A stretch of 64,000 bases of DNA from a plasmid: the sequence record NZ_CP033968.1. One strand, 5' to 3'. Positions within the stretch are counted from its first letter, which is position 1, and the number at the start of each line of letters is the position of its first letter. Below, one piece after another: positions 19,193 to 27,968 of this stretch. The notes beneath the pieces were generated by a model. It searched no databases and was not told the origin of the DNA. It was given only the letters and a program-made list of their open reading frames with translations. The translations under genes were made by a program, and so were the position numbers.

Positions 19193-19257
19193 TTGTGCAC
19201 TCGTGTGGTGAATACCGCTGCCCTGAGAACTAACGCGCCTCGTTCATCTCTACTGCG

Positions 19258-20109
19258 CTAGCGGGCGGATAGCAGGACGCTGAGAGGGGCAAGGAGGCTC
19301 CTGCCGCCGGCGAACACGCCGACCATCTGTGCGGCGCCGAACAAGAACAGCAGGAGGCCAAACCCCTTGGCAAACCGGTGGCGGTTCCTAGCGTCGGGCC
19401 GCAATGGCTCGAAAGCGTTCAGAAATACGGACAGGACGATGGCAATCGTGGCCACCGCCAACATTCCCAGCCACGACAGCATCAGGCCGCGGCTCTTGCT
19501 CTGATCGGTTGCCGCCGGCGGTATGTTCATCTCCTCGAGGGGGGCGGCTGCCGGGGCTGGCTCTGGCGCGGAGGCGATCGGCGCAATCGGCGTCGGCATG
19601 GGCGGCGCCGGCGGGGATGAGATTGCTTTCACGGGGGAGGGCGTGCCCTTGACTTTGAACCGCGCTTCCTGCGGCGGGAAGCAGACGCCCACCCCGGCAC
19701 AGCCCTGATACCTGACTGTCATCTTGAAGCGATGGGGGGCTTGCTCTGCCACTGTCAGCCGCACCGTGGCGTCCCTGGAAAACACCTTCTGCTGACCAAG
19801 AACCCGATCCACCCTCACTTCTGCTGCTGGGAAAACAGGGTCGCTAAGGCCGCCAGGTGGGTCGGTCTCGATGCGGATCTTGTCCCGATAGAGGTGATAT
19901 CCGTCGGCGATCGAGAACCGGATCTCAATCTCGTGCCCGTGCTGCTGCACCGTCGGGCGGAATGCCTGGTCGGGGCTGAGGGTTTGCTCAACGGCCACGC
20001 CGGAAGAGGCAATGGCCATCGCGATGGGATCGTCGGTAGGCGATGCGAGTGCGATCGCCGGAACTGCGGCTATGACTGCCGCGGAAACTAGGGAAAATGC
20101 TGCCCACAT
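19258..20109 (-). CDS. DsbD N-terminal (alpha) domain-containing protein, truncated/stand-alone
   Basis: signal peptide; GYHLYRDKI and YQGCAGVGVCFPPQ match the DsbD-alpha Cys motif (QGCA..G.C.PP); Pro-rich linker; only 2 C-terminal TM helices. Confidence 0.5.
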   Translation of the reverse strand: MWAAFSLVSAAVIAAVPAIALASPTDDPIAMAIASSGVAVEQTLSPDQAFRPTVQQHGHEIEIRFSIADGYHLYRDKIRIETDPPGGLSDPVFPAAEVRVDRVLGQQKVFSRDATVRLTVAEQAPHRFKMTVRYQGCAGVGVCFPPQEARFKVKGTPSPVKAISSPPAPPMPTPIAPIASAPEPAPAAAPLEEMNIPPAATDQSKSRGLMLSWLGMLAVATIAIVLSVFLNAFEPLRPDARNRHRFAKGFGLLLFLFGAAQMVGVFAGGRSLLAPLSVLLSAR

Positions 20110-20165
20110 GTTGAGTCTACTTGTCACACATAAAGTTGCCGGGCACGTGGGGCTCGCAGTACATC

Positions 20166-20585
20166 TCATCCGCGACTGCGCTGCGCCCCGCATTCGGGAC
20201 AACGCATCGATGAAGCTCTCTGGCTCGGAGTTTGACGCTTCAACCACCTTTCGAACGGGAGCATCGTGGCAGCTCCGACGGCCATGACATAGATCGTGAC
20301 CACACCGAGTGTCAAAGCGAAGGTCGTCAGGTCATGAAATAGGGTTCCTGGCTCAGGTATGGCGCTCGAGAACCACGCGCGCAATGGAATGAGCCATGGT
20401 TCGTACATTGCCAAAGCCGAGAAGAACAGGAAGATCACCCCGAGCAGTATCGTTAGCACATGCGTAGCTGCATCACCGTTACCCATGCTTCGATGCTCGA
20501 CATAGACACTGCGAGCAAGGATGCATACTCCGGTGATCAAACAAATGCCCGCCCAAATCCAATCCAACATGGTCCTGTCCTTCAT
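20166..20585 (-). CDS. membrane protein with C-terminal CPECG zinc ribbon
   Basis: 4 TM helices; start chosen at MKDRTM; ORF-track call extends to 20687. Confidence 0.35.
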   Translation of the reverse strand: MKDRTMLDWIWAGICLITGVCILARSVYVEHRSMGNGDAATHVLTILLGVIFLFFSALAMYEPWLIPLRAWFSSAIPEPGTLFHDLTTFALTLGVVTIYVMAVGAATMLPFERWLKRQTPSQRASSMRCPECGAQRSRG

Positions 20586-20708
20586 TTGGGCCCCTGCGCG
20601 GAGCGTTCTCGAAGCGCCGGCTGCCGGCCGACCGGTACGGCCCACTCTGCCGTTACGCGGCGGGTTGCCGCTCCCTTTCCAACTCACGAAATCTGTCGTG
20701 CACCGGCC

Positions 20709-20969
20709 TCAGAACGGCATCGGCGGCAGCAATGGGCTGGCCAAGGACAACAGCACGACCACAATCACCGCCGCAAATCCGGCACTCCATCGGCGTTGGG
20801 TAATCATCATTGCCCCCGCAATGATGCACGCAGCGGCTGGCAACAGACCTTTGAGGAGGCCCAGCCAGTAGCCCAAGCCACAAAGACAAATTGCGAAAAC
20901 CAGTCCAGCCACGCCTGCCATCTTGGATCGATCAGCTGCTTCCATTTTCCCCTCCGAAGGCGAGCGCAA
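20709..20969 (-). CDS. small membrane protein
   Basis: hydrophobic 86-aa ORF; start uncertain. Confidence 0.3.
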   Translation of the reverse strand: MRSPSEGKMEAADRSKMAGVAGLVFAICLCGLGYWLGLLKGLLPAAACIIAGAMMITQRRWSAGFAAVIVVVLLSLASPLLPPMPF

Positions 20970-21030
20970 CGCACTCGGGTACTACCGGCTCCCGGCCGGT
21001 GCGGTGTGCTCCAATACAGGCACAGCGAAT

Positions 21031-21046
21031 ACAATACGCGTATTGT
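21031..21046. promoter_or_regulatory. 16-bp perfect palindrome ACAATACGCGTATTGT
   Basis: perfect dyad between two minus-strand genes; resembles CATAACGCGTA motifs at 45184 and 63242. Confidence 0.4.
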
Positions 21047-21073
21047 TACCTGTTATTGTAAATTTCGTCAAGT

Positions 21074-21358
21074 TCATGTCATCCCGGCGGCTTGCCGTTC
21101 GCATGCTTGAGGCGCTCTCGCCTCCGCGTCGGCGTTGAACTTCTGATCGAGCTCGCGCCGAGACTCTTCGCTGAGTACTCCATCGTCAAACAGCAAGGTG
21201 CACGGCTCCACCTTGGTTCGGAGGCCCCTCCACGCCCTCCGAACGAATGGCACCCAATCCTTGGCAGCCGCTTTGCTCGGATAGGCATTTCCAATGCGCG
21301 TCCATCCCGAGGCAGGATGCAAGATCATCGTGAAATACACAGTCTTTGTCGTTCGCAT
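21074..21358 (-). CDS. hypothetical protein
   Basis: 94 aa; last gene of the methyltransferase operon. Confidence 0.35.
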   Translation of the reverse strand: MRTTKTVYFTMILHPASGWTRIGNAYPSKAAAKDWVPFVRRAWRGLRTKVEPCTLLFDDGVLSEESRRELDQKFNADAEARAPQACERQAAGMT

Positions 21359-21384
21359 GGGTACCGTCCTCGCCCAGGGGCAGC

Positions 21385-21681
21385 CTAGGGCGTTGGTGGA
21401 TTCTTGGCCTTCATGACGGCCATGTGCGCAGCGACTGCTTCATCCTTGAGAACGATCACGATCGGGCCCTCTCGGAAGTCGCCACTCATGGTCCCGTGCA
21501 GGGCGTCCTGTTCGTCCTCGGTGAGATTGCGCCATTTCGCAATCCAGTCGACTTTCCCGAAGAGCAACCCGGACGGCCCGGTGGCACATGACTGCCCCAC
21601 TGATATACCGTTCTCGCGGCACCATGCGCGGGCCGCTTCTAGCGCGCCCCATGTGCCTTGCTGGCAGAATTCGATTTGCAT
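21385..21681 (-). CDS. hypothetical protein
   Basis: 98 aa. Confidence 0.4.
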   Translation of the reverse strand: MQIEFCQQGTWGALEAARAWCRENGISVGQSCATGPSGLLFGKVDWIAKWRNLTEDEQDALHGTMSGDFREGPIVIVLKDEAVAAHMAVMKAKNPPTP

Positions 21682-21742
21682 GTGACTTGATCAATCCGAA
21701 AGAGATTCACACTTCCAACGTCTGCGCGACATAGCAACGATC

Positions 21743-22021
21743 TCAGTCGCCAAGGCTCTCGATGCAATAGGGGCGATTCTCATTGCCCGGGAGATTCCAG
21801 TCCCACGCTGAAACCTTGGCGCTGCAACCAGCAACAGGACATTCCAAAGGAGAAAGGTCGCGCGCACGGTCTATGGGCTCTGCCTGGATCGAGAGGCTCA
21901 ACGGCTGGCCATGTACTGGGCACAATCCACGTTCCAGTCTCCACAAGCGTTGTAGGTCAACGGGTAGTCGCCGCTTGCTCCGCGCATCAGCCGCCAGGAA
22001 CGACGAGAAATCCCCGGTCAT
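21743..22021 (-). CDS. hypothetical protein with CPVHG...CPVAGC zinc-binding motif
   Basis: 92 aa; ATGA overlap with upstream gene. Confidence 0.35.
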   Translation of the reverse strand: MTGDFSSFLAADARSKRRLPVDLQRLWRLERGLCPVHGQPLSLSIQAEPIDRARDLSPLECPVAGCSAKVSAWDWNLPGNENRPYCIESLGD

Positions 22022-22206
22022 TTACTTGCCTTCGCTTCCAAGAACAACGCGGCATCGGAAAAGGCTCTTGCAGCCGCCCCAACAGAGTTCGCATAGCGGT
22101 CAAACCCCAACTCGCGTAACTTGGCTGCTTTCTCTTCGGCGTCATACGCTTGGCGCCACAGGCCTTTAGTGAGCCGGGATACCGATGGTTTCTTACGTTG
22201 TTTCAT
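22018..22206 (-). CDS. small basic hypothetical protein
   Basis: GAGGGG RBS before ATG 22206; 62 aa. Confidence 0.35.
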   Translation of the reverse strand: MKQRKKPSVSRLTKGLWRQAYDAEEKAAKLRELGFDRYANSVGAAARAFSDAALFLEAKASK

Positions 22207-22280
22207 GTCGCCCCTCAGTCGTGTTTGGCGTTGGAATTCACGGAGATGGTTGTGCCCGCGACAACGCGTCAAAAGGTGGT

Positions 22281-23720
22281 TCAAGCGAACGGAGCGTCGA
22301 TCGGCATCTTCCTGAGCAACGTTGTGGTCAGCGAGAAATAACCCCCCTCCAGGCGCGGGGCGTAGTCACGCACCCATTGCGCTGCGAGAGGCGAGCGGAG
22401 CGCGGCCTCGACTCGATCAAGCACGCCAGGCTCACCGCACACGATGCTCAGGTTGTGGTTGATCGGCAGAATGCCGGGCGGGACGCGCACGGCCTTAGGC
22501 GACGTGGCGATCCGCGGCACGAGCAATGTCTCGCGGGACAGATCCATGCGGTGAAAGGTCTCCGGCGGTAGCCAGAAGGTACCCCGCCGGCCCCGTGCCG
22601 CCATCTTGTGCATATGGCGCTGCAAGTGCTCAATCAGGCGATTGCACGGCGTCACACCAGGCGCCGTCCTGATGGCGAATCGCCGCGGCGTGCAAAGGCG
22701 GCCGTCGACAATGTCATCGGTGTCGACCGCTGGCACCAGGTACTCGCCCGGCAGCGTCGCGGCCGTTTCTTTGTCCACCACAAAGATCCCGGAAGAGCCG
22801 AGCCATGGTGCGATGCGTACCTGGGCGAACTGTTCCAGCGTTGGAAGGCCTTCATAACGGCTTTCGTCGACGCCTGGATAGATTGGCCGCTCCGTAAGCA
22901 CGCGAAAATCGTGCGAACGCTGCGGAGGCTCGGCCGTCGCCTTCAGCACGACAGACACAGGGTGAACCCGCGGGGGCGTGCCCGAGCGACGGTTCTTCGG
23001 GCGATAGAACACCGAGCTTGAATCCAACCGTTCAAGGTGGGAAATGGCAAGCCGGGTCCCTAAGGTCGCGCGAAGTTCCGCGGCCCCGGCATTCAGGAGC
23101 CAACGATCGGCAGTTACAAACCCGATCTGACCATCCGGATGAATGGCACGACTGCAACGCTCCAGGAAGCTATGCAGAAGATCTTTCGCAGCGAAATCCG
23201 GGACATGGCCGGAATAGAGGTCCTGCAGAACGGGCGGGACGTTGACCCAGCGCAGGTAGGGCGGATTGCCGGCGACAACGTGATAGACGGCCGTTTGCGG
23301 CCCGTCAGTCAGGAAATCCCGGTTATGGACCATCGACTCGGCCACTTTGGTGGCAGTCGCGTGGTCATAGCCATGTCGGCACAGCGTAGCTGCGACACGT
23401 GCACGCGCCTCGATGCACGCGCCTGCGTGCACCTCCCAGCCCTCGACTTGCGCCAGCAGACTGGCGCTTGTTAGGCGCGAGTGCTTGCTGGCTGCAAGGA
23501 GCTTTCCAAGGGCACGCTCAAGGAACATGCCGTCACCGCAGCTCGGGTCGACCAGCCGGCGCCCATCCCGAGGCCAGTCAAGCCGCCCAAGGAGTTGGTC
23601 CACCACCGGCCCCGCGGTATAGATCGCCGTCGCCTGGTGCAGTCGCTCAACCGCTTCTGCTCGAGCCTGATCAATTTGGCTGTGCTGTGACTGCCGATAC
23701 TCAGTGATTTCGGTCTGCAT
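22281..23720 (-). CDS. N6-adenine DNA methyltransferase (gamma class)
   Basis: motif I LVDPSCGDGMFL followed by motif IV VVAGNPPY; ~300-aa C-terminal putative target-recognition region; start at MQTEI (ORF-track call extends to 23849). Confidence 0.75.
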   Translation of the reverse strand: MQTEITEYRQSQHSQIDQARAEAVERLHQATAIYTAGPVVDQLLGRLDWPRDGRRLVDPSCGDGMFLERALGKLLAASKHSRLTSASLLAQVEGWEVHAGACIEARARVAATLCRHGYDHATATKVAESMVHNRDFLTDGPQTAVYHVVAGNPPYLRWVNVPPVLQDLYSGHVPDFAAKDLLHSFLERCSRAIHPDGQIGFVTADRWLLNAGAAELRATLGTRLAISHLERLDSSSVFYRPKNRRSGTPPRVHPVSVVLKATAEPPQRSHDFRVLTERPIYPGVDESRYEGLPTLEQFAQVRIAPWLGSSGIFVVDKETAATLPGEYLVPAVDTDDIVDGRLCTPRRFAIRTAPGVTPCNRLIEHLQRHMHKMAARGRRGTFWLPPETFHRMDLSRETLLVPRIATSPKAVRVPPGILPINHNLSIVCGEPGVLDRVEAALRSPLAAQWVRDYAPRLEGGYFSLTTTLLRKMPIDAPFA

Positions 23721-23772
23721 TGTGTTTCCCGGAGGGCCGGGCGGATCTCCCGCCCGGTGCATTCCTGTTGCG

Positions 23773-23955
23773 TTAGGAAGCCTTATCGGCATCGGCGAAT
23801 GGCTCCGGCACGGCTTCATAGCGGTGCGCTTGACCTCGGAGTGCGGCACCTTGGTTCCCGCAGCTCACGAGTGTCTGTGCCAAGTTTGGGTCTAGGACGT
23901 CGTCACGAACCAACACGCGCTCGCCATTCGCTTCGATAAGCCAGATTTCGTACAC
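23773..23955 (-). CDS. small hypothetical protein upstream of methyltransferase
   Basis: GTG start with GAGGGGG RBS; 60 aa. Confidence 0.3.
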   Translation of the reverse strand: MYEIWLIEANGERVLVRDDVLDPNLAQTLVSCGNQGAALRGQAHRYEAVPEPFADADKAS

Positions 23956-24071
23956 GTAGTGCGCCCCCTCTCTCTATGCAGAGCTCTGGCAAGGACAAAA
24001 CGATCAGCCGACAGGCCGGTGGATGTCTGCCGCTCTCACTCTGGCGACGATTTTGCGTATGATATAGTATA

Positions 24072-24088
24072 GATACGTGTTACGTATC
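24072..24088. promoter_or_regulatory. operator-like inverted repeat GATACG-N5-CGTATC
   Basis: GATACGTGTTACGTATC; same architecture at 62716-62732; half-sites recur in other intergenic regions. Confidence 0.45.
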
Positions 24089-24122
24089 GAAGCGTATGTA
24101 TTCGACGACATCACTACCGCCC

Positions 24123-24464
24123 ATGAACCAACTAGTCAGTGAACCAGCGCCACCACAGACGGTGGAATCCGAGGCCCTCTTCCTGTGTGGTGAGGCGTTC
24201 ATGCAGATTCGCAAGCTCAGCGGGATCGTGGCAGAGCCAAAGCCTCGCCGCGGCGTTTTCGGACGATTTTCCCCAACTGATCGGGGTGCGGCGGATCGCC
24301 GTTCCAGGGCCGCCGCGTTGATCTACGAGCTTTCCGACGTCGCCCACAACCTGCCCGAGATGGTGAGGCTGGGGGTGCATACCAAACAGTTCGCCTACTT
24401 CTCTCAGCAAACGAACAAGCTTGCGGGGGCGCTAGTAGAGGCACGCAGCCTAGCGAGGATTTGA
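24123..24464 (+). CDS. hypothetical protein
   Basis: ORF 24096..24464; start 24096 or 24123. Confidence 0.4.
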   Translation: MNQLVSEPAPPQTVESEALFLCGEAFMQIRKLSGIVAEPKPRRGVFGRFSPTDRGAADRRSRAAALIYELSDVAHNLPEMVRLGVHTKQFAYFSQQTNKLAGALVEARSLARI

Positions 24465-24466
24465 CT

Positions 24467-24946
24467 ATGGAGATCAGTTACACCGGTCTTGTGGTCGTCT
24501 GCGCGATCCTCGCGGTGCTCGTCTACCTCGTCGTCAAGAGGCTGCAGTCGGGGTCGAAGTACTCCCCCAAACACTACCAAACGATCCCACTGTTGACCGA
24601 GCATGAGCAGGACTTGTTCTGGCGCCTGAAAGAGGCCGCCGGCCGGGACCTGATCGTCGCACCACAGGTGGTGTTTGGAGCGTTCCTCAAGGTCAAGACC
24701 ATGGCGTTGGTCGACAAGACAAAGGCGCGTCACCAGGTGGCCCACAACCGCGGCGACTTCATCGTCTGCAACAAGGAATTCCGTGTGGTCGCTGTCATCG
24801 AGCTCGACGACGCGACGCATGACAAGAGCGCGCAGAAGGCGCTTGACCGCCGCCGCGACCAGCTGCTGAAGACCGTAGGGGTCAAGGCAATCCGGTACCG
24901 GAAGATGCCTGAGGTCGCGAAGATCCGTGCGGATCTCGGGCTTTGA
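24467..24946 (+). CDS. membrane-anchored DUF2726 (restriction-endonuclease-like fold) protein
   Basis: N-terminal TM helix; LLTEHEQDLFWRLKEA...FIVCNKEFRVVAVIELDDATH matches the DUF2726 core; GCGAGGA RBS. Confidence 0.6.
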   Translation: MEISYTGLVVVCAILAVLVYLVVKRLQSGSKYSPKHYQTIPLLTEHEQDLFWRLKEAAGRDLIVAPQVVFGAFLKVKTMALVDKTKARHQVAHNRGDFIVCNKEFRVVAVIELDDATHDKSAQKALDRRRDQLLKTVGVKAIRYRKMPEVAKIRADLGL

Positions 24947-25350
24947 GTATCTCCACAATACCTACCAGTATGATCATGCTCCACTCAATCGGCTTCGTCC
25001 TTCTCTCTGCTGCGGCAATCGCGGTTCTCTACTTCCTCTGGCGCAAGACGCCCAAAGCCCCGGTACTGCTGGAAGATCGCGTGGCTGCAAGCCTGTCCCA
25101 TTTCGGCATCGTCATTGCCCTGGCGCTTGGAATCGGGGCAGTTGTCCTCATTGACGAAGAGCTCCTGTCGGCATGCCGTTGGGTTGCGTCATTTGTGCCG
25201 GAGACAAACTCGCCGCTTGACGCTGTGCCGGTCACGATTCTTGACCTGGCCGGCAGCTTTGGCATTGTTGCTGCGATCTTCGCCGCGGCGCTGCTCATTG
25301 CTATCGCTGACGATCGCGCCCGTCCCTGTTCCTTGCCCGTAGGCCGGTGA
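24943..25350 (+). CDS. integral membrane protein
   Basis: ATGA overlap; 4 TM helices. Confidence 0.5.
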   Translation: MSISTIPTSMIMLHSIGFVLLSAAAIAVLYFLWRKTPKAPVLLEDRVAASLSHFGIVIALALGIGAVVLIDEELLSACRWVASFVPETNSPLDAVPVTILDLAGSFGIVAAIFAAALLIAIADDRARPCSLPVGR

Positions 25351-25835
25351 CCATGGACAGGCTCGAGCTTCTTTCGACCGCAATGCGAGCGGGTTGCTTC
25401 TATGCGGTCTACCGGTTGGTGATCGCGATCTTCTACCCTTGGCTTGCCAGTGCTGTGTGGCAAGAGTCGGTGGGGCCGCTGCTGGTGAGGCACTGGCCCA
25501 GGCTGGCGCAAGCTGATGACGCAGCGAGGATGTCGTATCTGCCTTCTCGACAGAGCGAGCCGGCGGTCTTCCGCCTTGGCACGCTCTCTATCAGCGATGT
25601 GACTCAGGGGGTTCGGGACGGGCTGCTGCTCGGCGTGCTCGCGGCGCTTGTGCCAGAGATCGTTCGGCCGTTCTTCTTGACGTCGCTACTTGCCTTCGTC
25701 CTCGCAATTCAAGGCTGGCGGTTTGCCCGAGCGCAAGGCGCTGCGGCCACCGACATCGGGTTTGACGCGGTGAGGGACGTTCTGCTGTTCGCCGGCGCGA
25801 TCGCCGCGGTGCAGTGGAGTGGGGTGCTTGCGTAG
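25347..25835 (+). CDS. integral membrane protein
   Basis: ATGA overlap; 4 TM helices. Confidence 0.5.
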   Translation: MTMDRLELLSTAMRAGCFYAVYRLVIAIFYPWLASAVWQESVGPLLVRHWPRLAQADDAARMSYLPSRQSEPAVFRLGTLSISDVTQGVRDGLLLGVLAALVPEIVRPFFLTSLLAFVLAIQGWRFARAQGAAATDIGFDAVRDVLLFAGAIAAVQWSGVLA

Positions 25836-25885
25836 AGGCGGCGAGCAGCGCCGCAGTTCGTCAAGTGAGATAGGGGAGGTCTGTC

Positions 25886-26734
25886 ATGTCCATCAACGCT
25901 CAGTCGCAACGAAGCATCAAGATCCTCCTCAATCTGTCGGCGGGACTTGAGGAAACCGGGCGTACCTACCCAGACGGTGTTGTGAGATTGAACTCCAACA
26001 TCCGCCACGCCGCTGCCGCCGGCGCCGCGGCCCTCAGCCAGCTGCAGGGGGTGCCACTGCCGACCGTGCCTGAGAAGGCGGGTGCCGCCGCTGACGCAAG
26101 GAAGCGCGCACCCGAGGCCGGGCCGGTCGAGATGCCGTCGCCAGTCGAATGGCTGGATCGCCTCAAGCTCGCCAAGGGCTTCCATGCGGACGTCACCCTT
26201 GCCGAGTATCTCGGCGTGTCGAAGCAGCATTTTTCGCAATGGCGCACTGGGAAGGCGTCGCTGTCCGTGGACGAAGCCTGGAAAGTCGCACTGGGTCTGG
26301 ATGTCGATCCGCTGCTTGTCATCGCCAGCGTTCAATTCCACGCCAGCCAGAATGACAAGCGCCAGGTCTGGATAGATCTCGCGCGCACACGGCTGGTGGG
26401 GACATCCGACGGTGCGACGCCCAAGGCAGACACTGATCGCGCTCCTGGGCTGGAATCCAAGGGATCGAAGTGGTCGCCGGAGGAAGATGCGCTCCTCAAG
26501 GATGAGGTTGAGCGCAAGGTGCCCTACGTTGACATCGCAGCTTCGCATCGCCGCTCGGTGGCCGCCATTCTTTACAGGCTGTACAACGTGCACGATCTGT
26601 TGGGCGATGCTGAGATGGAAGAGCTCTGCGGCCTCCACTCTGTTCGGTTCTCGCCGAAGGCAGTAGCCCCCGCTGAAGAGTCGAGTGCCAAGCCTGAAGA
26701 CCCCCCTGTAGCGGGCGATCGGGTCTTCATCTGA
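25886..26734 (+). CDS. HTH (XRE/Cro-CI-like) DNA-binding protein
   Basis: GGGGAGG RBS; LAEYLGVSKQHFSQWRTGKASLSVDEAWKVALGL helix-turn-helix. Confidence 0.55.
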   Translation: MSINAQSQRSIKILLNLSAGLEETGRTYPDGVVRLNSNIRHAAAAGAAALSQLQGVPLPTVPEKAGAAADARKRAPEAGPVEMPSPVEWLDRLKLAKGFHADVTLAEYLGVSKQHFSQWRTGKASLSVDEAWKVALGLDVDPLLVIASVQFHASQNDKRQVWIDLARTRLVGTSDGATPKADTDRAPGLESKGSKWSPEEDALLKDEVERKVPYVDIAASHRRSVAAILYRLYNVHDLLGDAEMEELCGLHSVRFSPKAVAPAEESSAKPEDPPVAGDRVFI

Positions 26735-26856
26735 GCGGTTCTGCGGGCGTGAAGCCGATGATCCTCCGCGAGGCCGCAGCTTAAATGCAAGCCGCTCCAG
26801 GGGACTTCTCAGGCGTCTGCCCAACTAGGTGAAGACGCGCCAAACTAGCTTCACGC

Positions 26857-26888
26857 GCCCCCACGTAACGGTGGGGGCTTTTTTCTTT
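26857..26888 (+). terminator. rho-independent terminator
   Basis: GCCCCCAC-gtaacg-GTGGGGGC then TTTTTTCTTTC. Confidence 0.7.
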
Positions 26889-26915
26889 CTGAAGCTCGTG
26901 TGCGGCGGTGTGCCA

Positions 26916-27914
26916 ATGTCCTCTAACAGCTGGCCGACATGCTCAACAAAAGGGTGCTGTCGGGTGCTCTATACTGCGCAGATCACAGAGATCCATCATG
27001 GAGTTCGTGCAATGGCCCGTGCTAGCAATTCCTCCGGTTCGTCGGGGCCCTATCGTGCCGCGACTCGGCAGCAGTTGGCAGGACATGATGCCTTGCTTAG
27101 ATGGGCGATTGGCGTCGACGGGGTTGGCCTCGCGTTGGCGGAGTTGCGGAAGCAGCACTGGTTGGCAGCAGCCTTTAAGTCAGCTTTGCCGTCACTTAGA
27201 AAAGAAATCGAGGGGGACTTGGATGCACTGGAGTCGGACGCCAGGCAAGCCCAGATCTGGCGTCAGATTCCTGAACTCACTTTTGGCAAATGCGTAGAGT
27301 CTTTCGATTTCCAATTCAATCCAGGTGTGGCTCAGTACTCTGAGCATTCCGTGACCAAGCAGGTTTGGGGCGGGCGGGAAGAGGTAGCTGAATATCGCCC
27401 ACTCACCGTATGTGACGCGACCATACAAGTGCGAGCAAGAGCCAAGCCAGAGTTTCATCTTGTGCGTAATCCTACGTACGTCGGGAGCAAACGCACGTAT
27501 GAACACATCAAATCCCCTATTGATGGTCTACGGAGTTTCTACAGGCATTGGGATGGACAAGTAGTGGTCAACTGTTACCCAGAGGAATCCCCGCTCACCA
27601 TGATGGGAAATGACCTTGCCCTACTGAGCAGCTCATGCACAGAGTACAAGAAGCGGCGCAATGGCTCTGGGAACATCCTGTTTGTGGTCGAAGACGAGGA
27701 GGCGTATGACTTTCTGCGTAGATCGTGCAACGTTATCCTCCACGACTGCGGAGGTATTGCGGCAGAGGAGCTTTCATTCTTTGATCAGTGGATCTCAAGC
27801 AAAGGCGATGAGGTCGAGGTTACTGACCTCGACCTTGCAGACGCGCTTATCCCAGAGGAGGGGTCTGATACGAGTGGAAAAGCGACTCGACGTACCCGTA
27901 GAACCAAGAGTTAG
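26916..27914 (+). CDS. hypothetical protein (low-GC), first gene of methyltransferase-containing module
   Basis: 333 aa after terminator; C-terminal GNILFVVEDEEAYDFL...VILHDCGG block (Toprim-like guess only). Confidence 0.45.
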   Translation: MSSNSWPTCSTKGCCRVLYTAQITEIHHGVRAMARASNSSGSSGPYRAATRQQLAGHDALLRWAIGVDGVGLALAELRKQHWLAAAFKSALPSLRKEIEGDLDALESDARQAQIWRQIPELTFGKCVESFDFQFNPGVAQYSEHSVTKQVWGGREEVAEYRPLTVCDATIQVRARAKPEFHLVRNPTYVGSKRTYEHIKSPIDGLRSFYRHWDGQVVVNCYPEESPLTMMGNDLALLSSSCTEYKKRRNGSGNILFVVEDEEAYDFLRRSCNVILHDCGGIAAEELSFFDQWISSKGDEVEVTDLDLADALIPEEGSDTSGKATRRTRRTKS

Positions 27915-27968
27915 CGAGTTTCCGCATGGGCCACATCCGTCATTGCGTGAACTTTCAATCAGGAACAA

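Noticed and set aside
25709-26824. 371-aa minus-strand ORF
   Set aside because: It is fully antisense to the HTH gene (25886-26734) and to membrane genes, which have RBSs, coupling and domain motifs. It has no RBS of its own. Long stop-free antisense frames are expected at this GC content.
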